A stretch of DNA of 63,490 bases, the filler included, from Choristocarpus tenellus KU-1152 (taxonomy: Eukaryota; Protista; Phaeophyceae): the NCBI GenBank assembly GCA_964200185.2. It is 13 parts of 13 records of this genome, joined end to end, with 100 filler letters (N's around TTAATTAATTAA, not from the genome) between each part and the next. Parts side by side here need not be neighbours in the genome. Positions count along the whole stretch, not along the records: positions 12,418 to 19,108 come from CAXNAD020007554.1; positions 19,209 to 21,844 come from CAXNAD020026072.1; positions 21,945 to 25,120 come from CAXNAD020021762.1; 10 more parts are not named here. The stretch is one strand, 5' to 3'. The translations under genes and the position numbers were made by a program. Each line of letters begins with the position of its first letter. The first letter of the stretch is position 1. Below the pieces are notes generated by a model. The model saw only the letters and a list, made by a program, of their open reading frames with translations, was not told where the DNA came from and did no database searches. Below are positions 12,450 to 24,989 of this stretch, in pieces.

Positions 12450-13080
12450 CCCATGACAGAGGCCTCTCCATCAGCCTGTCAGCCTCAAGTCCACTTCTCA
12501 CTCATCACTCACTCATTCATCCACCCATCCACCTATCTAATACTCCGCTGTAGGCGGTGTGGTCTAGACCACTTCAACACAAACTGCAACCCCTGGTCTA
12601 CTCCATCAAGGACTCACCTTGGCGACGCACACACCTGAGGCAAGCCGACGGCCCTTAGTAGATTCACCGCGAGGAGACCAGGAAACATCTCACCAACAAA
12701 ACTCTCTGATTGGAACACCACGTCAGTACCATTCCTGCCCACATCCCACGCAGCATAGCCGGGCTTCTACAAAAACAATACAGGCCACCACCCAACCCAG
12801 AATGGATTGTGTTTGGGGTGGGAGGGAAGGGGCGACTTTTGCTAGGTTATTGCTGTACTCGGCCTTGGGATCACAGCTAAACATATCAGCAAGGTGGGGT
12901 GCTTATGGGGCAGTGGTTGGGAGAACACAGGACAAGTTTCAATAAAGAACCGATATAATTCGACTCTACAACAACAGTGGCTTCCTCTTGGTCGGGAGCA
13001 TTCAGCTAAGGAGCACTGGCAGAATACTTGCTAATTATTCAGCAAGACTAAATACACTGGCAAACAATGAGAAACCCGTC
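12450..13080 (+). mobile_element. Possible decayed 3' end of a non-LTR retrotransposon with a restriction-like endonuclease
   Basis: Frame fragments CRRCG...QPRMDCV...GAVVGRTQDK loosely resemble the zinc-knuckle plus PD-(D/E)xK C-terminus of RLE LINEs. Highly degenerate. Confidence 0.3.
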
Positions 13081-13938
13081 ACAATATCAACTGAAATGGA
13101 CTAGTCATCATGGAACGCCCCTCCCTACTAATCCATGAGGATGGACATCAACGATCTACCAGAGTGAGTTCCCGATGAGAATTAGGGCAACCAATTAGTT
13201 GTACTTGTACTTCAATAGGAACGTTTTTTGCACCTATTGATACTCGGACCTAACCAAAAGGACAATGTATCCTCCATTCCCTGTGCATAGGAAGGGGTAT
13301 AGAGTTATGTATTGAGATTCTGCTGTTGTACTCTGTGACTGGAATGGGCAAACTATAGGAAGTTATTCAGCTATTGGGTTCAGCACCAGAAATAAGAAAT
13401 GATTGGTTGGATGGTTCTTGTGCCTTTCAAAGTAAATTGCACCTGGAAATTGATATAGTTCCTTTGCAACAGTTTGTGGTTCGCTTATCTCATTAACCAG
13501 TCAGCCAAGACCAGTTCAGGTTATTCCAAGCAATCTCGCTTAATTACAGGTAATTCTGTCAGTTTCACTATAGAAACTGATCAGGCTAGATAAAGTACCA
13601 ACCGACCAACAGTCTAGGCATACCAATCCGCACAACACTATTGTTCAATTACTTGAGGGGCTCTAAGCAACCCGAAGTCGAGAGCAACGGACATGTCAGA
13701 ACTCACAAATCAATGCGTTGGTATGTTGAAGTCTCAACGAAACCAAAATAAGTTTGTATATCAACTATGCGACTCTATGGCACTACAAGCGCAACGCGGT
13801 TCAGTAAACGATTTCGAGGGAACCGTCATGAAACTCAAACGAGGAAAAGTAGAAAATGAGGACTAAAGGGACAAGGAAACTGATAAAGTCAAAGATAGAA
13901 TCAAAAAGATGGACAGATCTGAACGGTTTTTTGCCCAC

Positions 13939-14540
13939 CTTGTAGGACTCAAACGCAAAGCTGGCCAGCAGGACAGAAAGCTCTAGGTTGAATCGTTCCT
14001 TTGGTCTAGGCTGTAGCTTCGATTCCTCCTCCAAACCCTGCTTCAAGGTGTGGAACAGGAGGTGTGTGGGACGGGATTGCATCCAAATTGGGAAGTTTAT
14101 ATCGCTACTATCTACATACTCTATACCAGACGAAAATACTTCCGTAGAGCATGATCAGACACCTGGCATAAGCAAAGATGGTATTACGCAAAGGGGAGAT
14201 ACCACTGGTTGGGGTGACCTTTTCATGATAGATGGAAACTCGTGCTAGTTCTTGCCTCCGAGAAACCCACTTTACTTATATTTGTCGAAACATCCTCTAC
14301 AGCAGTGTCCGCTTGTACGAAGTCGCTATTTGAGGAGAGATGTCTCCAAACCAGCTTTCGGGAAGCTGAGCTTGAATGTGATGATGCTACCACAATGGGA
14401 GTGTAAGTCCTTGAGTCCACAGGGAAATTGCCACACCAACGTCGCCCTCCAGTCTGGCCAAGGGATCCATGGAAGCCACTTACTGGGGCATGATGTACTA
14501 CCAGTGCATAGAGCACCAGTACTCTTCTTCCAACGTTCAT
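13939..14540 (-). CDS. Class-3 lipase, HIL1-like, plastid-targeted; first two exons (14540-14271, 14037-13939)
   Basis: Exon 2 encodes RFNLELSVLLASFAFESYK, resembling the conserved N-terminal FD..LAV.LAGFAFE.Y motif of plant HIL1-type lipases, with CAG/GT boundaries in phase 0. Exon 1 begins MNVGRRVLVLYALVVHHAPVSGF (signal peptide plus ASAF-like site) followed by an S/R-rich transit-like region. The exon 1 donor is inferred and later exons were not identified. Confidence 0.72.
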
Positions 14541-14904
14541 GTCAACTGCAACTTCATCAACTAGTAGGGCAGGATGTACAATTTTTCAATTTCAGTTCAG
14601 AATGTACAAGTTGAAGGTTTGGTATTACTTACGTTGTATTTCAAAATAGTGAATAAAAAAACGAACGAATTCAACAATCTTGATTCAACTAACTTCTCAC
14701 AATACACAAAGCCATGTGTAGAACCTGACCTAACTCTCTCTAATGAAATGCGAAAGGACCACCAGTCCAGGGGTTGCTTGGACTGGTCCCAACTTCTTCC
14801 CACATGTCCATATTAGGTCCGTCAATAATTGGAACCTGTCCAGTACAAAAATATTTTTATTGTCAATTTCTGGAGACCCTTGGAACCCAACCATGTATGC
14901 CTTG

Positions 14905-15108
14905 GACTCAAAGTATCTGGGGGGGGGGGTGGCGGCTGTCCATTTGGGGCCAATTTTTTCATGTCTCGATTTTTGGGTGATTTGGTTCCATAATAAGTTG
15001 GATGGATAATGAAAGTGCATTTTTCCTGGTTTTGGTCCAAATGGACACTCTGGTGTAGACCCCGCCCACACNNNNNNNNNNCCCCCCCCACCCCAGATAC
15101 TTTTGGTC
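14905..15108 (+). mobile_element. MITE family A, full copy (contains a 10-N gap)
   Basis: TIRs GACTCAAAGTATCTGGGG / CCCCAGATACTTTTGGTC; 4-bp TSD CTTG. Confidence 0.9.
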
Positions 15109-16623
15109 CTTGGTTAAGTACTTGGTAGTATGACTCAATATCTGAAACACACTATCATAATCATATGTTGAAGGGGAAACAACGTAGGTAAACCTAAAAT
15201 AGCCCCTGCGTATTGCATAATCTACTGAAAAAGCATGAGCATCTATCTCACGATCTTCATTTAAAAAATGGGGATGAGACCCCTACTTTGCTGCCTCTGC
15301 AGTCAGTCCCTCTTGAACACTACACACATATCCACCTGACAGGTGCGCAAAAAAAGGCACATAACACAATAAAAAAACGGCAAAATGGACGGGAGGCTAA
15401 GAGGCTCATAGACACATATTTACACGCAGTTAGAAAAACAGAGAGGCATGCAGATTCTCAGAGAAGAAGTACCATCACTACGAACTAGGAACTTAGTTGG
15501 AGCCAGCACCATCCTGGGCCATTGCATTTTGGAGGGTGGGTTGGTTGTATTGCTTGTCATAATATCTTACAGAGTATGCAAAGACAGAAGAAGAAGAAGT
15601 GGTTGCTGTTATTGTTTCTATCCATGCCATACATAATATGGAGCAGAAGAAGCCAACAATGCCTTATCATACAATCCCTCCATTTTTTTATAAAGAAAGG
15701 GCACCTACTCCAACCACAGGTAGAGGGCAGAGTACTGCAACTTTGTTCAGCCCACCCTGGGCCTCATCCCCGTGAAGGATGGCCCAGGTGCTAAGATCCT
15801 GAAGACAGTTCTGCATTATAGATTGTCCAACAGAACAAGGTGCTTGTGGTAATAATATGGCACCATCATCACAACAAGCAGTGTCAGTCCAACTTGACCC
15901 GAACTCATTAACATCAAATAATACGTCAATTATGCACTTGAAGTGAATCGAAACGTATCACTCTAACCACCACCCTCCTACTGGATTCGCTGTGGGGGTC
16001 TTCCATATCTCTTACGAGGAGAAGCAATGAGTAGAGTCGGTGAAAGTATCGATGTCTGCCTGAAGTTTGCCACCCACGTACAACAACATATTCCTTGAAT
16101 TTTGTGATGATCTTTGTTCCTTCAAGAAGAACTGTTCCAGGCAGTTGTCGAACTCAGTGTGAGGGTGAACCCCTATCAATATCATTGCTTGAGTTGAAAA
16201 TCAAGAGGAATTCTGATTCAATGAACATCATTGAAAAAGGAGATGGAGATGTACTTGGTTCACAAACTTCATTGATAATGTTGAAGTATGGAAGACATCA
16301 ACATTCCACACACTATCCACACTACTTTTTTGTGCCATTTAGAGGTGTACCCGTATTCTAAAAGAGTCAGTTCAGGCTTTAGGGTTAAGGTTTGACCTTC
16401 CTCTCACGAACATCCCCATCTCTTCAGCATACCCTACGCTGTCCTTTTGCTTGGTTGCAGTGGTAGAGATAAGAGGCGGGAGAGGGTTTGGTTCACTGGA
16501 ATCGTGCAAGTGGAAGAAGAAAGGCAAGACATCAGAAAGAGCTGGTCCAGGGGGACGTGGGAGGGTGGATTGATCTATAGCTAAGGGAGGAAGGAGTGGT
16601 GAGGCATTTGTTTTGCTGGGAGG

Positions 16624-18230
16624 ATGACTTCCTCTAACACAGGGCAGACTGTTGAGGCGAGAACGTGGGTTCTGGAAGCGGAAAGCGAGCTCCGATTTGA
16701 GGTTGCCGCAGACTCCTCTTTGACGATTGTGGTGAGAACCCATCTACTGGTTGAAACGTGGTGTTTGTGGAAGTCCAAAGCATACACCCATCTTTTTGTA
16801 GGAGACACCCTCCTTCCAAGTCTGATCAGAGAACGGCGAGAAGATCATCCCCCCCGTACCAAACATTCGTAGTGGTTGAATGTCATTACATAGACTTCAA
16901 CGGTTGGGTTCGGGAGGAATGAGCTGGAAGTCATCACCAAGTCGAGTCAAGGTGCATCCCAGCTACAATATCCTCCTTCCACACGAACCTGTTGACTTCC
17001 TCGACTACCGCACAAGATGCCGAAAAATTTAACGAGCGCTTCAATCGATCCGGTGAATCTATGCGTTTCTGCTGGGTCAGTAACTATTGCTGTTCAATCG
17101 ATGACTCTATATAACCCCAATTTCTGTTCTTGCATCGGTCACTGAAGGCACCAATATCTCCCGAACGGCAGTATAAAAGGCACTCGCCGTAGAGTTCTCG
17201 AATGTAAGCCCCAAAAATTGTTTGGCTGTGCTGCATGGTACCAATTATACCCTGCTCACATTCGCCAATGGTGTGGAGTAAGACATGTGGAGATGACCAA
17301 TGTTGCCAGTATCTTCTGCCCAGACTCTACTCACTTGCTGTACTGCTGCACTCTGCTGCACTGTCTGTTGTTACTGCAGCGCGCCTATCCGTGGTGATGG
17401 ATTTTTGTTTGCTTGTATCTGGTTGCAGTGGTCGAGAAGTACTGATACCATTTGTTTCTTTACAGCCCTGTGCAACAGTGCTAAGAAGGAACCCTTGTAC
17501 ACGGATAAGTGCTCCAGAGCATTTTTTCTCTGAGGAATTACTAGGCACAAATGCGGATAGACCTTGATGCTTTTAGCATGAAGTATTGGGATGAGCTACT
17601 GGTTTCAAGTTGTGACGTCTGTAACTACAAGCATGTTGTGGCAATAGGTAATGTTGCGATGTTGCGTTTGCAATGTGTGGACTTGACGCAAACGCCATCT
17701 ACCCGTGTGGATCACAGTGTAGCTTGTGACCGTGTGCCCATTCTCCCCAATCAATTCCATGTTCGCTATAACTGCACCCACATTTGTTGCCTAATTGCCC
17801 ATGTACTTGAAGAGGTAACTGTTTTGGCAATTTTATTCACCCAGTTACATGTACCTCATGTACAAGTTGCACCCAGAAAGGGTCCCCACTTGAAGGAGTT
17901 GTTGACTGCTGTGCCGATTTTGATTGTTTTTTTGTGAAAATCGGACTTCAAGCACCAAGGATAAGAGCCCCTCTTTCCCATCCTCCTGTGCATACCTTTT
18001 TATTACAGTGCCATCAACACATGCTTGAAATCCTCACACCCTCTGCATCCCCAGTACATATGATAGTCTGCGCAGTCCCTCCAGTCCTCAACTCAATCCC
18101 CCCGCCTCCCTTGACTTCCCTCTGCCCCCTTGACCCCACCACATCTTCGTCGCAGCTTAAGGAAAACACAGCGGAGATGTTTGGGATAGAGCTGGCCACA
18201 GGGTACGAGTATAGCTTCTCGGCCACCAAG
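16624..18230 (+). CDS. CLP1: CLP1 polynucleotide 5'-kinase, first two exons (16624-16731, 18156-18230)
   Basis: Spliced product MTSSNTGQTVEARTWVLEAESELRFEVAADSSLTIV|LKENTAEMFGIELATGYEYSFSATK matches the Clp1 N-terminal signature ELRFEV...L..G.AEIFGTEL...Y.F...K. Canonical GTGAG donor and CAG acceptor, phase 0. Confidence 0.88.
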
Positions 18231-19089
18231 GTGATTAGGCTCTTGAGGGGGGCGGTTTGCAGGACCACGTATAGCGATGGTACAGTAGTAGAGTGTCCTC
18301 CTTTAGTGCCTGCCTCTCTCTGTGTTCCTCTGAACAAATTTTGTGTTGGTTTTGTACCAAGGGTTGCTTGGAGATGCAAGGCGTATATTGTGTGTACATT
18401 TTGTTTTCAAGTGATTTTGCAGTGCGCTGTTCCGGTACTGTGCCATTGATGAGTTCCATTGGAGTTTGGACTGCCCTTGAACGCACACTGATAGGCTGTC
18501 AGTACGCCGTGTGTATGTGTGTGTGTTGTGTTAGTGATTCACCTGTAGCAAAAATGTGGCTCCTGGGCTGCGGAGGTATGCATAGGGGGACTCCTTTCTT
18601 GCATCTTGTCTATGCTACTTCTGTTTTAGTTGCATGGTTCAAGGCTGATCATTTTGTTGGTGGGGCTTGGTGAGTGATTACACAAGGATGTAGTTAGTCC
18701 CTTCCTTGGCTTGCCTTGTGGCTGCTTTAGCGAGGTTGGTAAGTGCATGGGTGTGGCGGAGTGGAGTCTCTTGGTGAGCTACAGAAACTTTTTTTTTTTG
18801 TATCCGTTGTGTCTACGTGCCACGTGGAGTCATTGCTGAACAGCGAACAAGCCTTGGATACCACTTCTTACCGCATTTTTTTTAATTTTTTTTTAATTTT
18901 TTTTTTTAATTTTATTTGGGCAACGAGTAGTGGCGCACACCATGCCACCGGGCCATATATATGGATTTTTTGTAGTGAAACATTTGTACACCATATTTTT
19001 TTGTTTTTGTTTTTGTTTCCAAGCGCTGTCTGCTGTGTACGCCACTGACGAACCATTTTTATTTCATTCATATTAATATTAATATTAAT

Positions 19090-19108
19090 GGCTCAAAGTA
19101 TCTGGGGG
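19090..19108 (+). mobile_element. MITE family A left TIR at contig end
   Basis: GGCTCAAAGTATCTGGGGG directly before the spacer. Confidence 0.75.
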
Positions 19109-19208
19109 NNNNNNNNNNNNNNNNNNNNNNNNNNNNNNNNNNNNNNNNNNNNTTAATTAATTAANNNNNNNNNNNNNNNNNNNNNNNNNNNNNNNNNNNN
19201 NNNNNNNN

Positions 19209-21585
19209 ATGTAGTTCCCACCTCCTGCACCTGTGTCAAGGAGTATCTGTACAGGCATTCTCGAGCGGACTTTGCGAGGGTGCCACAGCAGTGCAGATAG
19301 CCATACTTGACTAGTTCGTTGGGCAGTTGACATAGTGGATATGTTCGAGGCAAGTGTGGGGGTCATGCTTCCTATGGCTACAGTGGCTAAGTTCCCTGGA
19401 GCTGAAGACTCCAGGGCGCACCTTCAGGGCAACTCGGGAACTTCAGAATCGGTCGAGCTGCTTGCAAATGGTGGCGAAAGTCTTGCATCGCGGCGAGGTA
19501 GTGCAAATGGGTATCTGTCAAGGCTACCATCGTATGTGACTCGTTCGCTGGGGTGGTACTTGGCTTATCTTGGGACAGATATGCAAAGTAACCCTTAGGT
19601 ACTACGGAGTCGTCGTGAGTATACCTGCACCTGCGACTGATAGACTTGAAGCATTCGCGACCAAAGGCATGATGGAAACATACTCGATGTGCCTTGAGCC
19701 ACTCGACCACCTCATCTTGGGAAGCAGATGGCGAAGGTAAATCCTTACCCGAATGGTGGCGACCTGCATCGCTCGCTCTGTCTGTGGTTATAGAGGACGT
19801 GGATCGGGGCACGGACTGGGTGGCGGGTGTTGCTGGGCGAACGGGCGTGGACGCATTGCTCTTCGAAACGAACGTGGTACCATGTTTCCCAGGCGCAGAG
19901 GCAGGTTGATTTGTCAACGCAGCACAGACAATGGGCAGGGGTTTTTGGGACAAAACAGGTTGGAGCATCGGTGCGAGGGCTGCCAGCACACTGTTGACAA
20001 CTTCTTGATGTACTGATGGAGTCTGGCTTGGCACCTCCTGTGGCAAGGATGTCCTGCTATGTTGAGGTAAATCCAGTTCCTGTCTGCCTACTGGGGTGTC
20101 AACTGGGGCAGACAAAGGGTCGAACATGCTTGCAAACATAGCACGAGCGTTAGCTATGCTACCTAAAGCAGTAGGTGTCCTATCTTTAGACGACGCAGGT
20201 TTTGTAGCATTTTGATTGGTTGGGAAAAATGCGTACTGGTCGCTACGATTGGACAATTCTTCGATAAGATCGTCAAAGATCCGCTCTGCTTTAATTCCCC
20301 GCTGTACCATGTCATCTCCTAAAGGATTATTCTGGGAAATTACCAGTGGTCGAATTTGGTTCCGAATCTCCTTTCGAATGAAAATGCCATTGACTGTACT
20401 CCAATCTGATCTAGAACATTGGGAAGAAGGATAGGAAGAGCTCGTTCGCAAAGATCAACGAGTTGATCTTCAGCTATATACCTCCAAAAGAAAGTTGTCT
20501 CGCAAACATGAGGCATCCGCGAATCTACGGTGTATGCTCGATAATGCAAGACAAGCCTGTTGACTGCAGCTTTCCACGATTCCCCTCTCTCAGTCCTTAA
20601 AGAACTCATTGCGTTCTTTACAGCATTTTTTGACTGACTATACGAAAGGGTGCATTCTCTCACCAGGATACGAACCCACTCGGTCGCTGTCATGTCTTCC
20701 CGAGGAACCCGAAGGAGGTGTCCGGTGACGCTTGGGACTTCCACTGTAGATGAGTCGCTTAGGAGATCACTTTTGGGTTCTAAGAGAGTCAAACAGTAGT
20801 TGCTCAAGAAGCTCGATGTGGAAAGGGGTAAGGGTATCACTACGTGGACGTGATGTATTATGATAGTGGACACGATCTTTGGGTAAGGCCCACGATCCTC
20901 CTTGAACCCTCCCTAAAGCCTTGGTAAGAGCGTCAGCGAAAAAAACGGGGTTGTTTGACGTGGTTGGGGCGGGGTTATCTGCAGGTACTCCAAGAAAGAC
21001 GGGGCCGTGAGCAGGGTCTCCGAGTTTCCTATGAATGCATTCCATGGTTTTAACACAATCTTGGTGATAACGCATATCGAGGTTGCGCTCTTGCCTATCG
21101 GGTTGTGAATCACGTGACTCGGCTCGAATACGCAACTCATGATTCTCTCTTCGCAACTCTGCCTCAACCTCTCTGGACCAACGTACCGTACTCAGGCTAT
21201 TCCTTCGAGATTGTCTGGGTGATACAGACCTGTGCGGAGAGGAATAATCCCTGGTCTGACGGTGACGACGTGGTGAACGGGTGCGGCCTCTGCGTTCTTC
21301 TCTGGTCCGCCTTCCATGTCGATGAGAGTGTCTGTCTCGGGATCTCGACCTGGAGCGGGATCTGCCACGGGACCTCGACCTGGAGCGAGATCTGCCCCGA
21401 GTGGAAGACCGAAAACGAACGCGCTCTCTGCGCTTGTCTTAACGTTCAGTAGCGTGGACACGACTGCGACCAGAATTGCCTTGAGTTGCGGTACTGGACT
21501 GGAATCTCTCGGAATCATCAATTCCTTGGAGAGTCTGTGGGTCGGAGGCGACCTCAGCTTCTTGAGAATGCTGGGGGCTGGACAT
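19209..21585 (-). mobile_element. Ty3/gypsy-like LTR retrotransposon, copy 2 (gag with CCCH finger; aspartic protease)
   Basis: Frameshifted gag ORFs from a putative ATG at 21585 to TGA at 19424-19426; C-x8-C-x7-C-x3-H finger at 19615-19680; downstream frame VQILLDTGAGGGNY is a retropepsin active site. The contig ends before RT, so the gypsy assignment is inferred from protease type. Confidence 0.8.
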
Positions 21586-21944
21586 GTCTGTAAACCTGGG
21601 GAGTAAGAGGGCAAGAGGGTAACCAAAAGCGAACAAAAATGTGTGAGTAAAGGAACGCAGAACAATTGACTACCTAGGTAACATCTCGACCATGGTGGCC
21701 AAAAACCACACATTTTATGACTATAGGCGAGTGAAGTGGCGATCAGAGGCCACTCGTTCTATGGCTAGAGAAGGGCGATTCCCTCAGAGCCACCCAAGCT
21801 CTCAGATCAATTAGATGACCAGTCCAGGGAGGGAAGCCTGTAGANNNNNNNNNNNNNNNNNNNNNNNNNNNNNNNNNNNNNNNNNNNNTTAATTAATTAA
21901 NNNNNNNNNNNNNNNNNNNNNNNNNNNNNNNNNNNNNNNNNNNN

Positions 21945-22042
21945 AAAAATGCAACCAAAACACCCAAAAGGTCGCAACATGGAAAAATGGGCCCCAAATG
22001 GATAGCCGCCACCCCCCCCCCCCACCCCAGATGCTTTGAGCC
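21945..22042 (-). mobile_element. MITE family A, partial, reverse orientation
   Basis: CCCCAAATGGATAGCCGCCACCCCC..AGATGCTTTGAGCC at contig start. Confidence 0.8.
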
Positions 22043-22899
22043 TCAATGGCTCGCTGTCTGCACCTTCAAGGCAGATTTTTTGTCTTCCCCTGACCCTTCA
22101 ACTTCCTTGCGACCATCCTCCATGCGCAGAAAGTCGTATCCTGTAGATGGGTTGACGTCATACTCGTGTAGGTGCCCTCCCTCACCGAGTATCTTGGCAC
22201 ATCATAACTTGTTATGCAGTCCTAGATATGTTTATGGTGCTTGTGTGGTTGAATACCTGTGTTTGTCCTTCTCTCCTCCAAAATTCCAGTAAAGAAAAAC
22301 AAAAAAAACAATCAATCGGTCCCAAGATTTTCGGTTGCGATTAAACTGCGATTTAGTAAAATTTAGCCTATTCAACCAATACGACTCAAAACACTGCGCA
22401 AGCTGTGGATGCATGAGTATTGTGTGCACATAAGGGTGAAGGGGTGACTGGCACAGGTGGACGCGAAGATGATTGAAGACGGGAATGGTAGAAATGGATG
22501 GGAAGATTTCCAGCAGACGTACACTTTTTCCTGGAGATAAGAAGGGGAATGCTAGACGAGAATAGTGAACCTCTTGTATCATTTGTCATCAGTCTAAGAT
22601 TGTCCTCTACACATCAAGATGGAAGACTTAGCGGAAGGGGACAAAAACACTCCACCTGTGACATATGAAGGTAATACTTTACCTCTGGTAGTATTGTTAG
22701 TTGAATACCTTCTAGACTAGATCTTCTATTCTCCCTCGAGGAAAAAATTATGCATGAGTTGTTCTTGCAAAGCATCCACCAGCTTTTTGAGGTGCACCTC
22801 TTTCTATTCTTTTCTTGATCTGGTTCATGGACTCCAGATAATTCCCATGAAAAAGAAGTCCTCTATGTATTTTGTTCCACATCTGGTGGTGTGCTGTAG

Positions 22900-23270
22900 A
22901 CCCTGCTTTGGGTATAGTGTTACAATGCGTTTCGCAAGCGACCTCCAAGTTATAAAATGCTCAGCACGCTTACCATGATGGGATATGCAGTTCCAACCCA
23001 TATGGCTGTATGTGGACCATGAAGCTCGTATAAAACTCCAAAATGTAAATGTTGTCAAGTATGATGGATCTCTCACTTCGATTATTCACTTCATAAGTAC
23101 CATCAATATATAAAAAGGACTGAACAACGATATACCACCTCAATGGTGTATCCTAATGACTACATGATAAATAAATAGTCAAAAAGTACAAATATATATA
23201 TAATACCTAGGACTTCAAGATCATAATGGCGTTTATGAAATCGCCATCAAGACATATCGCCTGTAGCAAC
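22900..23270 (-). repeat. Dispersed decayed coding repeat, copy 1 of 3
   Basis: Alignable with 63170-63490 (same orientation) and 60070-60350 (opposite orientation). Confidence 0.7.
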
Positions 23271-24624
23271 AGCGCTTGGAGCATCAACTCCATTAGTGCT
23301 CGATATCAAACCGCATCCCTTGAGCATTGGATAACCTATTTTCTTTCTCACATCACCCACTTCTCCATCCAGCCAACCAATTATCCAATATCGATCATTT
23401 TAGAACTCGCTCTATTGATGATTCTTATAACCGGTTAATGGTGTAGATCATTGACTGTGTTGGGATGCTTGTAAAGTTTCATATTGAAGTTTCGATTTAT
23501 AATACCAACAAAGATTCTCTGTATTGACATTCCATGCTGCTATGGTTACTTGCACCATATCACTCCGGGGATGATGCTTATGTCTCGACTCCTTGCATCT
23601 ATTGAGTTCAGTCTTTATCTGTGGAGAGAGGTTTGGTTGGTCGAAAATCTCTCCAAATTATCTCTTAACATGAAACATACGCCTTAGTAAACAAGACATG
23701 GATTCTCATTACTTAGTTACATTATTACAACTTTACCGTATCTTGTAGTGAACTTCTTTGTAAAGCCATACGTATGTAAGTATCGTTTTTTGCTTGCTTT
23801 TTCCAGACAAGTGATTCTAGTCATTCCCCCCAAAAATCGATGTCGTCCCTGATTACAACCGAGCCCCTGAAAGATTGTGAGTGTTCACACGAGGTCAAAC
23901 TTCTACGTGTTAAAGTGGTGACTATCCGGAGCCAAATGCGGTGAATCTCGGGCTGTTCCACTAACTTGGCCTGGGCGAGGGGTGACACCTGTACCACCCT
24001 GATTGAGTGCCCTGATTGCAAAATAGTCCCTCCAAAACTACGAACTTTCAGACAAGGAGAACCAGTTTGTGTGCTTTTGCAACAATGCGACTGGCAAAAA
24101 TATTTTCTCGCACTGTCTTGCTACCGCTACACGTTCACTCTTCCATCAATTATTGCTTCTCTAAGAGAAAGGTCAGGTCAGTTCATAGCAAGGGTCAGGA
24201 CTTCAAACATTGAACCTAATCGGATAAAGTGTGTATTGTGTGTATTGTGTGTATAGTGTATAGTGGGTGTATCACTTGTTACTAAGTGCTGCTCGCTTGT
24301 AATTAACTGGAAAATATTAGAGTGAATGGTTGGTATGTAATTCTCCGAAATAACGGACTACATTGGCCTCAACAATTTAATGTGATTTATAGTGTGCATC
24401 CTTTACCCATGGTGAGAATATCGATAACAGGCATTATCAGGAGGATGGATTAAGTAGTAGTAACAATTTTATATTTAGGCATGTTTCGTGATAGAGCATT
24501 ACTACCAAAATTGACTGTCGATAATGCTAAGCATGGTCGATCAGAGGAGTAGCAAACTTTCAAGCCGAGAAATACTTGGAGAAGCCGTATGGTTACAATG
24601 GTTAACTGCTTGTCAGAAAGCAGG

Positions 24625-24883
24625 GTGTCAAAGTACCTTAGAGGGTAGAGCCGCATCCGTTTGGGGGAAAAAATCCAATTTTCTGATTTCGATGTAATTT
24701 GACTATCATCTTTGTTCGGAAGTGGCAATATCCTTATTCCGAACACACCTTTTAAAAATGTGTACATTAGACCTTGTCCGAAACATTTTGGAATAAGAAA
24801 ATTTCATAAAAAAAAAATATGGGAAGCCAAGCCCCAAACGGACAAATAGGGCGAAACTCGTACCCTCTAAGATACTTTCACTC
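24625..24883 (+). mobile_element. MITE family B, full copy (259 bp)
   Basis: TIRs GTGTCAAAGTACCTTAGAGGGTA / TACCCTCTAAGATACTTTCACTC; flanks AGG/AGT (2 of 3 match). Confidence 0.88.
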
Positions 24884-24989
24884 AGTTGTCTGTTATCGTA
24901 CCGTTATTGCCGCATGAGATACGCCAGTGTATCAATAGAGGTTCGTTGTCAGGAATCCCGGATTCTAGTGGAAACAGTGGATTTGAAAA

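Noticed and set aside
19387-19480. C-terminus of the 354-aa ORF (..RHHLQAARPILKFPSCPEGAPWSLQLQGT) as the real Gag end, implying a -1 frameshift junction
   Set aside because: Copy 1 has one more base in this stretch and synonymous variation supports the other frame ending SEVPELP-TGA; no slippery heptamer is evident.
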